The notes beneath the pieces are model-generated. The model worked only from the letters and a program-made list of their open reading frames with translations. It ran no database searches and was not told the origin of the DNA. A stretch of DNA of 63,668 bases, the filler included, from Octopus bimaculoides (lineage: Eukaryota), in the NCBI RefSeq assembly GCF_001194135.2. It is 10 parts of 10 records of this genome, joined end to end, with 100 filler letters (N's around TTAATTAATTAA, not from the genome) between each part and the next. Parts side by side here need not be neighbours in the genome. Positions count along the whole stretch, not along the records: positions 1 to 14,368 come from NW_026318743.1; 9 more parts are not named here. One strand, 5' to 3'. Numbering within the stretch: position 1 is the first letter of the stretch; each line of letters begins with the position of its first letter. Shown one piece after another: positions 1-12,750 of this stretch. Made by a program: the position numbers and the translations under genes.

Positions 1-903
1 AAAGGTTGAATTATATTTCATCCTTTACTTTGGAGGGTTCCAAAAAGGCAGTTTCTAATAAAGATTCTTCATATTTTGCTGGAAGCTTACTGGCGTAAGT
101 TTGCAAATATGAAAATAGTACTTGCGTATGGTGTGTTATGAGAATTCATGTTAAGGTTATCACATAGAACTCAACAAATTTGTTAAAAATGGAGAAGAGA
201 TGTTAAAATTTGTAAGAATTTTTGTACATGCATACAATTGTTTCAAACAGCGATATTAGAATAATTAAATTAATTTGATTAAATTAAATTAATTATATAT
301 CACAGTTCTCCTCAGTGCAATAAATTACAGAGGACTTTATAAAGGAAATAGCAGACAACACATTTGGATATACATATTTATCCTTATTTAAATTAAGAGC
401 ATCATAGTAAAGAATGTGAGTCTAGCTGTGTATAAACTAAAACTGAGTCATCTAACGGTTATTTGAAAATATGAGTGAAAAAGGTTTTAAGAGATGTTCT
501 CTCTACAGAAGAGTAAGTAGATAAATAATTCAAACTCCAAATAAGTCATTCATTAGAGGAAGTTATGTTTGAATTAGTATATGACTTCACAGTTAAGTAT
601 GGTGTGTATTTTAAAAAATTATGTGTGAGAATGAAATTAAACTAGGAGGCTGCTAGAAGGCAATGAGAACAAGAGTTAGGGATAAAAATGCTTAAAGAGC
701 TACATTTAATGGAGTTGTGTTAGTGTAAGAACTAATATTCACTTGTGTGTATTAAATATAAGGTAATAAGAGAGTATTGTAGTTCGCTTGAAACATTGTG
801 TATTGTTTGTAAAGAATAAAAAGTTTTGAATGGTACAACAATGCACTATAATACAAAAAATGGACTATATACTTGTAATTTAGTTATCTATAGTCCGATG
901 ATA

Positions 904-928
904 TTTCGGAATACAATTCCTTCTTCAG
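904..928 (-). ncRNA. Degenerate hammerhead ribozyme core in the 3' flank of the PLE
   Basis: Minus strand reads CTGAAGA-a-GGAAT(tgt)ATTCC-GAAA. Stems I and III are not convincingly formed. Confidence 0.35.
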
Positions 929-1399
929 ATCTTCTTAGATGGAGTCTCTGCTATAAATTGTTTACTAATGGCTTTTCTTTTTTTTTTCCCAGAAGTGTCT
1001 CAGTAGTGGTCTCACAAAGCTCCTTCTGGAATTCCTCATGAGAAGTGCGTGAGGTCGGCTATGTTTCAATCTCATGTGTGTTGGTATATCTGTAGCGCTG
1101 CTTCTAAGTTATGTGTTATACGTGCAGCTTCNNNNNNNNNNNNNNNNNNNNNNNNNNNNNNNNNNNNNNNNNNNNNNNNNNNNNNNNNNNNNNNNNNNNN
1201 NNNNNNNNNNNNNNNNNNNNNNNNNNNNNNNNNNNNNNNNNNNNNNNNNNNNNNNNNNNNNNNNNNNNNNNNNNNNNNNNNNNNNNNNNNNNNNNNNNNN
1301 NNNNNNTTTTTTTTTTTGTTATAAACAATACATGAGCATGTTATTAAGAATGAACCTACACACACCCAGATGTAGCTAAATAATATATTGATTACCAAT

Positions 1400-2570
1400 C
1401 TCCAGCCTGTTGTTAATTTGGGTCCTAGTCTGTGTATGAGTAATGCTTCCTTAATTCTTAAATTACCCAAATTTCTTTCATTGTCCTCAATTGTGACTGT
1501 TATGCTTTTGTCAGTGTTCCAGCATCTGTCTAGATGTTTTCTGAAGGAAGAGGCTCTCATGTTCAGATGTTCTTTGATGTGGGCGTGTAACGGTCTTGTT
1601 GTGCTACCCACATAGAACTTGTTGCATTTGTTACATTGTATTCTATACACAGCATTTACCCGTTGGCATAAATCTGTGTCACAGATGGGACAATTTGTTA
1701 ATGTGCATTGATTGTTGTCCCTAATTCGTTTCTTTGCGAGGTGTTCTCTCAGAGAGGGGCCAGAGTGGGCTAGTTGTATGTCTAGCCCTTCTCTTCTTAT
1801 GGCTGTTCAAATGGCTGTAGTTATCCTCTTGCTAAAATGGGGTATTTTAAGGAAGCATGTGTTGCTGGGTTTTCTATGTGTTCAGCATGTTGGTCATCTT
1901 GGGTACTTAAGCCGATTTATAATGGATCTAGGATACCCGTTGGTTTACAATATATCTAGGAAGCATGTAGTGTGGGTCATCTTGTCCTCCGTTCTGCTGC
2001 ACTTGCCTTGGATACGTGCAAGTTCATTTCTGGCGTATCTTATTTTGGCACCGAGTGGAAGTGCTGAATTGTATTGGACAAACATATCTCTACTGGCTGC
2101 TTTCCTGTAGAACTCTGTGTGGATCTTCCCTTCTGTTATATTCAGTTTGAAGACAAGTAATGATAGTGATCCAGTGGTGTTGGGATGTTCTATAGTGAAC
2201 TTTATGTTCATGTCCATGCTATTGAACATCGTGAATATTCTCTCAGCCTCTTCACGGTAGGTTGTGAGTATGAGGATGTCATCTATGTACCTGGTGAAGA
2301 AGGCGCATGAGCGGCAGATGTTGAGTGCTCGACGTTCCAGATGGTTCATATAAGTAATGGCTAGTAGGCCCAAGAGACTGGATCCCATGGGGAGACCTGT
2401 TGTCTGTTTGTATATATGCTCCTGGGAAACAAAGTAGGTGTTGTCCATGATGATGGACAAAAGTTGGTGTATATCAGCTGCCGTAAGTCCGAAGCATTGG
2501 ATGTTGGACATTATTATGCAGTCAATCAATAGGTTGACCGCTGAGTGTGCTGGCACTGTTGTGTATATTG
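1400..2570 (-). mobile_element. Penelope-like element (PLE) remnant: partial RT plus GIY-YIG endonuclease, frameshifted
   Basis: ORF 1945-2556 has PLE-type RT motifs (YKQTTGLPMGS, FTRYIDDILI, FYRKAASRDMFVQYNSALP). ORF ending at 1650 has the GIY-YIG signature MYRIQCNKCNKFYVGSTTRPLHAHIKEH...LRIKEALLI. Confidence 0.88.
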
Positions 2571-3248
2571 AGACGTCAAAACTAAAGGTGTATCTGTTTT
2601 GTCTGAGTTAGGTAATAAAGGTAATAAGGTAATAAAATAAAAAATAGGAAATTAGTTGTTAATATTACAGAATTAAGATAGTAAATACTTGCTGTGGCTA
2701 TAAATATTAAAAAAAAAAAAAACGTTCAGAGGTTTAATAGATGTAGTAAAACTAAAATTAACAATGTAGGGGAGTTAATATAGCCAGGAAAAAGAGTTAA
2801 GAAGCTAGCTTGGCATAAAGTGAGAGGGGAGAATATAGTATTATTATGTAAGTAATAAGTGTTTAAGTAATAGAAGATTATTGTGCATTGTGAATATAAG
2901 GAAAAAAAAAAAAATTATGGAGTAGTGGGTACACATAAGTATACTGAATATACAAAATAATTCATATATAATGTAATATAAAAAATCTTATAACGAAAAA
3001 TTTTTTTTAGTGTATACGAATATGTTAGTAAAGAACATATCTGCGAAATAGTATACATGGATGTAGGTATTCTAGCTGTTTCTCAGGTTGTTTTATTTGA
3101 GGGTGCACATGAAAGAAAGAACATTGTGCAAACAAAAATAAGTATACTTGTACCGGTGCAAAGAGAGAGAAAAAGAGCCAAACGGATATAGATATAATTA
3201 TAATTACCCACACATATAAAAGAATGTTATTATATACTCATATATATA

Positions 3249-6200
3249 TATCATCATCATCATCATCGTTTAACGTCCGCTTCCCATGCTAGCATGGGTT
3301 GGACGATTTGACTGAGGACTGGCAAGCCAGAAGGCTGCACCAGGCTCCAATCTGATCTGGCAGAGTTTCTACAGCTGGATGCCCTTCCTAATGCCAACCA
3401 CTCTGAGAGTGTAGTGGGTGCTTTTATGTGCCACCGGCACGAGGGCCAGTCACACGGTACTGGCAATGGTCACTCTCAAAAAGGTATTTTTTATGTGCCA
3501 CCTGCTTGGGAGCCAGTCCAGCGGCACTGGCAACGACCTCGCTCGANNNNNNNNNNNNNNNNNNNNNNNNNNNNNNNNNNNNNNNNNNNNNNNNNNNNNN
3601 NNNNNNNNNNNNNNNNNNNNNNNNNNNNNNNNNNNNNNNNNNNNNNNNNNNNNNNNNNNNNNNNNNNNNNNNNNNNNNNNNNNNNNNNNNNNNNNNNNNN
3701 NNNNNNNNNNNNNNNNNNNNNNNNNNNNNNNNNNNNNNNNNNNNNNNNNNNNNNNNNNNNNNNNNNNNNNNNNNNNNNNNNNNNNNNNNNNNNNNNNNNN
3801 NNNNNNNNNNNNNNNNNNNNNNNNNNNNNNNNNNNNNNNNNNNNNNNNNNNNNNNNNNNNNNNNNNNNNNNNNNNNNNNNNNNNNNNNNNNNNNNNNNNN
3901 NNNNNNNNNNNNNNNNNNNNNNNNNNNNNNNNNNNNNNNNNNNNNNNNNNNNNNNNNNNNNNNNNNNNNNNNNNNNNNNNNNNNNNNNNNNNNNNNNNNN
4001 NNNNNNNNNNNNNNNNNNNNNNNNNNNNNNNNNNNNNNNNNNNNNNNNNNNNNNNNNNNNNNNNNNNNNNNNNNNNNNNNNNNNNNNNNNNNNNNNNNNN
4101 NNNNNNNNNNNNNNNNNNNNNNNNNNNNNNNNNNNCACTGGTCATTGCCTCGGTGAGGCCTAAAGTTTGAAGGTTGTGCTTCACCACCTCATCCCAGGTC
4201 TTCCTGGGTCTACCTCTTCCACAGGTTCCCTCAACTACTAGGGTGTGGCACTTTTTCACACAGCTATCCATTCGCACCACATGTCTATACCAGCGCAATC
4301 GTCTCTCTTGCACACCACAACTGATGCTTCTTAGGTCTAACTTTTCTCTCAAGACACTTACACTTTGTCGTGTATGCACACTGACATTACACATCCAGCG
4401 GAGCATACTTGCTTCNNNNNNNNNNNNNNNNNNNNNNNNNNNNNNNNNNNNNNNNNNNNNNNNNNNNNNNNNNNNNNNNNNNNNNNNNNNNNNNNNNNNN
4501 NNNNNNNNNNNNNNNNNNNNNNNNNNNNNNNNNNNNNNNNNNNNNNNNNNNNNNNNNNNNNNNNNATGGAGTTTCTACCTACGCCTTTTCTACAGATCGA
4601 GCAGGGCCATCTACATGAAGGAGTTTGTGTTTTGTCTACCTTCCTACTTATTAGGACTTTGGTTTTAACTAGGTTGACTCTAAGGCCCTTCGATTCTAGT
4701 CCTTGCTTCAACACCTGAAACTTCTCCTCTAGTTCTGATAGTGACTCCGCAATTAGTGCAAGGTCATCAGCATACAGGAGCTCCCAGGGGCATCCTGTCT
4801 TGAATTCCTCTGTTATCACCTGGAGGACTATGATAAATAGGAGGGAGCTGAGGACAGAACCTTGGTGGACCCCTACCTCTACCTGGAATTCTTCACTGTA
4901 CTCATTGCCAACACTCACCTTACTGACAGGATCCCTGTACATGGCTTGCACAGCTCTCACTAACCACTCATCTATCCCTAGTTTCCTCATTGACCACCAG
5001 ATAAGGAAACGGGGGACCCTGTCAAAGGCTNNNNNNNNNNTTCCTCATTGACCACCAGATAAGGAAACGGGGGACCCTGTCAAAGGCTTTCTCCATGTCA
5101 ACGAAAGCCAGGTGCAGAGGTTTATCTTTGGCTAGGTATTTATCCTGCAGCTGTCTTACCAGGAATATAGCATCAATGGTGCTTTTTCCTGGAACGAACC
5201 CAAACTGCATCTCATCTAATTTGTTGGGCTATGACCCTCTCCGTGACCTTCATTACCTGGTCCAACAACTTGATACCTCTGTAATTGTTTGTGTCTAGAG
5301 CGTCACCTTTACCTTTGTAGCAGTTGACTATGGTGCTGCTACACCAGTCATTGGGTATGACTCCTTCGAGTATCACCTGATTAACTATATGGGTAACTAG
5401 GCTATAGCCGACACTGCTACATATTTTGAGCATCTCTGCAGTGATTCCTGATGGGCTGGGGGCTTTCCCTGTCTTCATACTCTTGATCGCTTTATCTACC
5501 AAGGTACTGTCAATTAGGATAACTGGTCCCTCTGTTGGGTCGACATGCGGCAGACTCTCTTCCTCTCATTCATTCTCTTTATTAAGCAGCTTTTCATAGT
5601 GGCATCTCTAGACCTCTCTCTTTGCAGCCTTGTTTAGTGCAAGTGAGCCATCATCGAAGCAGACACATTTCTCTCCTACGACATCACAATTCTCTCTCAC
5701 ACACTGTCTTGCAACATGAAATACTTCAAGTCTTTGGTCCTCACGGCGCAGAACATTGGCAAATTTTTTCTTATCTGCTTCCACTCTGGCTAAGTAAACC
5801 TGTCTCCTAGCTTCCCTTCTGGCAGTCTGATACAGTTCCCTGCTACCTCCATTCTTCCAAGCCTGTTTCTTTTGTCTGATAGCCCTGTCAACCACATTGT
5901 TCCACCACCATGTTACTCTTGGTCGAGAGGGGACTTTGCACCAGCCACAGATCTGGGTGGTGGCTCTCAGCAGGTTGTCCCGTAGAAACCTCCAGTTGTC
6001 TTCCACGTTATATGATGCTATATCCCCTTCTATTTCATCAAATGCTTTGAGTAAGACATTTCTAAATCTCTGTCCATTTGCAGGATCTTTAAGCTTCCAA
6101 ATCCTTCTCCTCCAGGCCGGTCTACTTCTGGGCATCCATATTGCCTTGATCTTGAAGTCGCTAACTACTAATCTGTGTTGGGGTGTACATTCTTCGCCAG

Positions 6201-7045
6201 GGAAGGTTTTGGCATTTATAAGCCATCCTCTTTCCCTTTTTCTTTCGAGGATGTAATCAATTTGGCCAGTTTGTCTGCCAGAACGGTAGGTGACTAGGTG
6301 ACAGGCAGGTTTCTTGAAGTTGGTATTGCAAACCATTAGATCGTTTGCATCACAGAACTCCAGCAGTCTGGTTCCCTCCTCATTGCGGGAACCAAAGCCA
6401 TAGCCTCCATGTACACCATGGAAGCCCCCTGCATGTCGTCCGACATGACCATTGAAGTCATCAGCCACAAGGAGAAGGTCCCTGCCATTCGTCAACGAGG
6501 TAGTTTGCAAGAGGGTGTCATAGAATTGGTCTTTCAGCCCATCCGGTAGCCCCGGTTGAGGGGCATAGGCCGAGATGACGGTAACTAACCTATGGTAAAG
6601 CACTAGTCTAATCTTAAGTACTTTGTCACATACTCTGACTACCTCGATTACCTTATCAACCCATTTCTCTGCTAGAAGTATTCCCACGCCCCCAACCCCG
6701 TCAGTGTTCCCTGCCCAGAGGAACCTTGCAGAACCTCTCCACCTTACTACTTGGATGCAGCACAAATCTACGCATCTCCGTTCAAGCATCTCAACAATCT
6801 CACCAGACCTACCTTTCGGTGTGCCGACGTTGGGAGTGCCAATTCTGATGGTGTGGGAGGTGTGGGCCTGTGAGACCCTGCAATGAGGGAAAGCAGTGTC
6901 GTGTACCTGAAAAGAAAGCTTGCATTTGGCAGAATTCATAAACAAAACAATGCCTACAACCTGCATATACACCATCTTTATGCGCTATAAGATCGATAAA
7001 ACCCTGGGTAGGGTAGGGGATGGCATAAGGCCCCTAGAAGTGTTC
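3249..7045 (-). mobile_element. Near full-length RTE-clade LINE (APE + RT), disrupted, with 3' UTR and (GAT)n tail
   Basis: APE ORF 5608-6975 (IGTPNVGT, VISAYAPQ, DDFNGHVG, GQIDYIL). RT ORFs 4358-5502 (NYRGIKLL, FVDMEKAFDRVP, VHQGSVLS, LLYADDL). C-terminal RLRWYRHVVR...GRGRPRKTW. (CAT)n at 3251-3267 on plus. The 5' end runs into a gap. Confidence 0.93.
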
Positions 7046-7347
7046 NNNNNNNNNNNNNNNNNNNNNNNNNNNNNNNNNNNNNNNNNNNNNNNNNNNNNNN
7101 NNNNNNNNNNNNNNNNNNNNNNNNNNNNNNNNNNNNNNNNNNNNNNNNNNNNNNNNNNNNNNNNNNNNNNNNNNNNNNNNNNNNNNNNNNNNNNNNNNNN
7201 NNNNNNNNNNNNNNNNNNNNNNNNNNNNNNNNNNNNNNNNNNNNNNNNNNNNNNNNNNNNNNNNNNNNNNNNNNNNNNNNNNNNNNNNNNNNNNNNNNNN
7301 NNNNNNNNNNNNNNNNNNNNNNNNNNNNNNNNNNNNNNNNNNNNNNN

Positions 7348-7404
<57 letters not shown>

Positions 7405-8059
7405 GTGTGTGCGGGGGGAAGACATACATATATGTGCATATGTTCATATCAAAAATACATATTAGTGATAACATATGATTAATAAGCACACAATACTAAT
7501 AATAAAAAAATAATAATAATATAATAAAATAGATATATACACACAATGACAATAGAATTGATATCTAGAAATGCACACATTGGACACCAAGAAGTATCAT
7601 ATGCGTTTGCATATATCAGCTGTAAGATATAATTAAATGTCAGGTGGATTGGGAAGTAACATTAAACATTATTAATTGGAATAGTTAAGTATGTGTGTGT
7701 GTGAAGGGGTGTCTTAGATGCAAATGGAATAAATTACAAAAAAGAAAGGTATATTATATACTAAGGGAAGATGTAAAAATATATTGAGAGAAAGGGAGGT
7801 GTAGGGAGATTTGGAGAAAATGTTAGCCCAATATAAGGTAGGTCATGTAATTATTAGAGGGGAGAGTTAAATAATAAATATATATCAATACAGTGTAAGA
7901 TAAAGTGATGTGCAGAGTATGTGATGATTAATAATCGAATTCCATAGAAAGGGTTAATATATAGAGATATTTAAAAAAAAAAGATAGAGATATTAGGAAA
8001 AAAGGGAAATGTTATTAAAAATTCAAGTAAGTGGGGGAGAAGTATTATTTAAGATTAAT

Positions 8060-8309
8060 AAAAAGGAATTTGGACATCTGCTTACATGAAAAACTTTTTC
8101 ATCCCTAGTATTAACAAGCAGACCATTCATTCTCATTATATTGTAGTTTTCTTCCAAACATAACCTACAAATTTTGTTATTATATCTGTAAGATGGGACT
8201 GAAGATAGGATTTTCCTAGATATTGAGTAATCAATATTGTTTCTTTTGAGTTGCCAAATTTTTTTAGATAGACCTGTGCTATTCTCTTTTCTAGGATCAT
8301 TAAAGGGTC
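8060..8309 (-). mobile_element. PLE GIY-YIG C-terminal fragment, inverted relative to the adjacent PLE piece
   Basis: Manual minus translation FNDPRKENSTGLSKKIWQLKRNNIDYSISRKIL...KICRLCLEE matches the NST.LS..IW.LK...C.LC tail of PLE endonucleases. Confidence 0.75.
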
Positions 8310-8330
8310 ATTAGTGTATGTGTTGCTAGC

Positions 8331-8376
8331 GTATTATTAGTGTATGTGTTGCTAGCAACACATACACTAATAATAC
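8331..8376. repeat. Perfect 46-bp palindrome at a PLE inversion junction, with a 21-bp direct copy at 8310-8330
   Basis: gtattattagtgtatgtgttgct|agcaacacatacactaataatac. attagtgtatgtgttgctagc occurs at 8310 and 8336. Confidence 0.95.
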
Positions 8377-9900
8377 ACCAAACCCTACTGCAAACCACAC
8401 TAACAATATGAAGGAAACAGTTAAACATAATAAAAGTAATAGAAATACAAAGGATCCTAAAGCCAAACCACATAACACCAAAAATACCAACAACAGTGTA
8501 AACACCAATACCAATAATACTACTAGGATTAATAAGACTAATAACAGGACGAAGCAGAAATACAATAACAACCAGAACATAATCAATATTAAGCCATACA
8601 AACACAAGTTTATTAATAACAGCGAGACCTAGCAGACTAAAATAAACCATACACCGGGCCCACAAAAACCAAACAATACTAACACCGATAAGACGCATAT
8701 TAAAAATAAACCTAACTATAGAAATAAATTAGATAGCCATAAAGACAAATTCACTAACCTTCCCAGCTATGATGGCAGGTTCCATACCAGACATAGCCGT
8801 AATAACAATAAGAACAATAGGGATACAATCTGGCTAATTGTTCCCTACACCATGAACCTCAAATCTAACATAGTCCGTTCATTAATGAACATAATAGATA
8901 AACATCTAAATGTAAATAATAAATACGCAACAATATTTAAGAACAAAATCAGAATAGGCCACAGCCTGACATGTAACTTAACTACCATCATAGCATCTAT
9001 TAATAATAAAAAATTAGACGCATTCTATACAGCTAGAAAGACCACGAACAACCAAACTAACAACCGTCCGACTAATAGAACAAACCCCAACCCTAATCCA
9101 ACACCTCTTGTTAGGAGAGACACACACCAAAAAAGGCAAATTCAACAGGACTTAGTGGCTATATCTGGGAATTAAAGGACAATAAGATAGAATATAAACT
9201 AAAATGGCATAAACTAAAAGCAGCAAACTCTTATAACCCAACTAACAGACGTTGTGACCTCTGTCTAACTGAACGCCTCAAAATCCTAACGGCTACAAAA
9301 TATCTTTTAAACAAGAGATATGAAAATAACCCTAATTTGTTTACACACTACAAAATTTTCATTTTCTAAGTATAATTAAATATGTAAAACATTCCACTTT
9401 CTAAGTATAATTAAATATGTAAAAAAGAATTTTCCTTTTCTAAATATAATTAATTATAATTAAATATTAATAAGGTCAGAGTTAGCTCCCTCTTCACCAA
9501 AACTTAGAGTTACTCCCCTTTAATAACACTGCCGGTGCTAAAAGTAAAAGACACACGCTTAAATTTTAAAAATAAACACGTGCGAAATGCGTTTGACCAA
9601 AATTGGAACTACGAGCTTGAACAGCACCCACCCCACCTCTCCTTCGCAGAAAGACTATTAGCACAACTTCAACTAAAATGTAAGACTAACTTTACCTAAA
9701 ACTATTCTTATACTACTATATGCATTACTATATCCACTAACTGTTATTCCTGCATCTCTCACACCATGAACTTTAACATACTTCTCAACATTCTGAAGAG
9801 ATCTGCCAAACCATTTGGCATATCGAAACGATCGTAAATGACTCGTTATATAATTTCCACATAATTAAATCAATGGCTAACTAGCCCAATTGACTTGCTT
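8354..9900 (+). mobile_element. PLE-derived element: Asn/Thr-rich frame, PLE linker domain, internally deleted GIY-YIG, 3' UTR with hammerhead
   Basis: One frame 8354-9175 with a single TAG (8630-8632) contains RDTIWLIVPYTMNLKSNIVRSLMNIIDKH...IIASINNKKL. After a frameshift it reads NSTGLSGYIWELKDNKIEYKLKW...RRCDLCLTE. Confidence 0.8.
9789..9840 (+). ncRNA. Type I hammerhead ribozyme, minimal PLE-type
   Basis: catt-CTGAAGA-gat c tgccaaa(cca)tttggca t atc-GAAA-c gatc g-TA-aatg. Stems I, II and III all pair, with a GUA cleavage triplet and palindromic stem III (acgatcgt). Confidence 0.85.
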
Positions 9901-9984
9901 CTTCTTGTGTTTGTTTCTCCATTCTCCACTTAATTATATATATGTATATATATCAATATATATGCATATATGTATATATATGAA

Positions 9985-12750
9985 TATATTCATATGTCGA
10001 TCCCCTCCTTAACCTGCTTCCTCCATCTGTGGCGATGACAGGCATTGTTCTCCCAGTCAGTGTCCTGCATATCACAGGCCTTTAATGAGGACTTGACATA
10101 GTTCTTAAATCGCAGCCTTGGCTTCTGCTGGAGTCTCCTTCCATTCACAAGTTCTCCATATAGCATCTGCTTAGGAATCCTGCTATCCTTCATTCTAATA
10201 AGGTTTCTAGTCCAACGTAACCGTTGCTTGTGCACCATTCCCTCAATACTGAAGATATCAGCTGTCCTCAGGATCTGTGTGTCTGGAATTTTTGAGGTCC
10301 AGCCAACATTGAGAATGTGTCTGAGACATCTCTGATGAAAGCGTTCAAGGACCCTTACCTGACGTTTGTACAGAGTCCATGTTTCACACGAGTAGAGCAA
10401 TGTCAGTACACACGCACAGTACACAGCAACTTTTGTTTGCCTTGCTATGCCATGCTGGGACCAGACACGAGACTGAAGAAACCGGAAGGAATTAGTTGCT
10501 CTTTGCAACCTGATATTTCCTCATCCAGGGAGCAAGAACAGCTGAGTGTGCTGCCCAGGTAGACAAACTTGTCTACTACCTTCAGAATTGTTCCTTCAAC
10601 CAAGATAGCTGGTTTCACATATGGATTTCCTGGTTCAGACTTGAACATTACAACAGTCTTGTCCAGGCCAATGCTAAGTCCAAATGCCTTGCAAGAAGCA
10701 GAAATGCAATTCATGAGTATTTGCAGGTCATCCACTGTATGAGTGACTAAGTCAGAGTCATCTGCATAAAGGAGGTTACAAATAATAGACTGGAGGACCT
10801 TTGAATTGGCAGCAAATTGGCGAAGATTAAAGAGGCGGCCAGAAGATCAATATCTGACATATATTCCCAGAGAGCTAACCTTAGCAAAAGCATGAGTAAA
10901 AGCAGCAGCAAAGTATAAAGAAAAGAGAGTTGGGGCAAGGATGTCACCCTGCTTGACACCATTCTCTACAGGAATGGGTCCCACCATGCCACCACCAACA
11001 TCGACCCAAGCTTCCATCCCATCATGAAAGGATTTAATTATAGATACAAAGTGATCCGGACATCCAAGTTTGCCAAGTATTTTCCATAGAAAGGCCCTAT
11101 TTACAGTATCAAAAGCCTTTGTNNNNNNNNNNAGTATTTTCCATAGAAAGGCCCTATTTACAGTATCAAAAGCCTTTGTTAAATCAATGAATACCTGGAC
11201 AAGATCCATATTCTGCTCATAGCACTTCTGTCTTGCTGTGAAAATCATATCCATTGTACATTTACCAGATCGGAAGGGACATTGAGATTCAGATAGGACA
11301 TCCTTTACGAGACACCCATTCAGTCGGGTAAGAAGAATATTTGTCAGAACCTTGCCAGCAGCTGATAGTAGAGCAATACCTCTGGAGTTACCACACATTG
11401 TTCTGGCTCATTTTCCTTTATACAGAGGAAGAATAATTGCATCCTTCCAGTCCTTAGGGATTGCACCATCCCTCTAAACTGCACTAATAAGTTCATGAAG
11501 GGACTGTGTGATGTAATTACCACCAAATAGCAAGACTTCAGCACAAATTCCATCCTTTCCAGGTGCCCTACCAAGATTCAATTTACTTATTGATGTCATT
11601 ATTTCATCTATTGAGGGCGAGGAGTCTAAGGAGCCAATGATAGGTCTTTGTTGCATAGTATCAATCACTGTTTCATCCAGAACTGACTCATGGTTTAGGA
11701 GTTCAGAGAAGTTTTCAATCCAGCGACCTGTGATTTCTGTTGATTTAGTAAACAGAGTGGAAGACTCCTTGGAAAGCAAAGGAGCTGATGTGGAGCTCTT
11801 AGGTCCATAAGCTTGCTTCATAAGATGGTAAAGCTTCTTGCTGTCATTTGCATCAACAGCAGCCTGAACATCACGAGCAAGATCCTCCCACCAAGTGTTC
11901 TGCATCTTCCTGAGAGATCGCTGCAGTAGTGATTTTACACTGTTATAGTGGGCAAGTGCTAGACTTCGCTGCACAGTAGACAGTTCTCTATGTAGCAATA
12001 CACTGTGAGCATGGCGCTTTACCACCAATAGTCGCTGAACTTTAGCATCATTCTCATCAAACCAGTCTCTGTGTCTGGCAGTAACATATCCCAATGTTTC
12101 GGCTGCACATTGTAGAACCTGGTCTCGAAAATCTTCCAATGCTGCAGCAGTTTCAATGCTGGACAAGCAAGTCTGAAGTTCTTTCCTAACCACAACATCA
12201 TATACCTTGTGGACATTGAGACGGCGAGGAATGCTGACTGGTCCTCTTCTCTCTTTTACTCTAATTACCATTCGGAACTTTGCTCACACCAGTCTGTGGT
12301 CTGTCCAGCATTCTGATCCATGAAAGGACTTGACATTACAAATGTCATAAATGTCGCGCTTGCAGATGATGACATAATCCAGCAAGTGCCAAACTTTGGA
12401 CCTTGAGTGCATCCATGTTGTTGTGTGATCACCTTTGTGCATAAAATGAGTGCTTGCGATGTAAAGTCCATGTTCTTCGCAAAACTCCAGTAGCATGAGA
12501 CCATTGCTATTCATTTTCCCTACTCCGAAACGTCCTAGAGAGTTCCATGTTTGCCAGTCTGTTCCAACTCTGGCATTAAAATCCCCCAGTAGAATGACTT
12601 TATCAGAATTGGAGATTTTTCTAAGTATGACTCTCAGCTGGGTATAAAAGATTGTTTTATCTTCATCACAGCTAGTCAAAGTAGGTGCATAGGCACTTAT
12701 TAGAGTAGCAAAATGCTTACCTTTCAAGTGCAACCGTAGCGTCATTATAC
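9985..12750 (-). mobile_element. RTE (BovB-like) LINE, truncated at both ends, frameshifted
   Basis: APE ORF 12284-12745 (LISAYAPT, LLGDFNARVG, WHLLDYVI). RT ORFs 10445-11398 (FIDLTKAFDTV, GVKQGDILAP). C-terminal ORF LLYSCETWTLY...RIPKQMLYGEL. Confidence 0.92.

Noticed and set aside
4982-5088. Direct repeats on either side of 10-N gaps (also near 11123, 37581, 27454, 40552, 43618, 56041)
   Set aside because: Unmerged overlapping contig ends; the apparent duplications and frameshifts there are assembly artefacts.
8300-8698. Hydrophobic minus-strand ORFs that look like membrane proteins
   Set aside because: Antisense shadow of the A/C-rich Asn/Thr frame on the plus strand.
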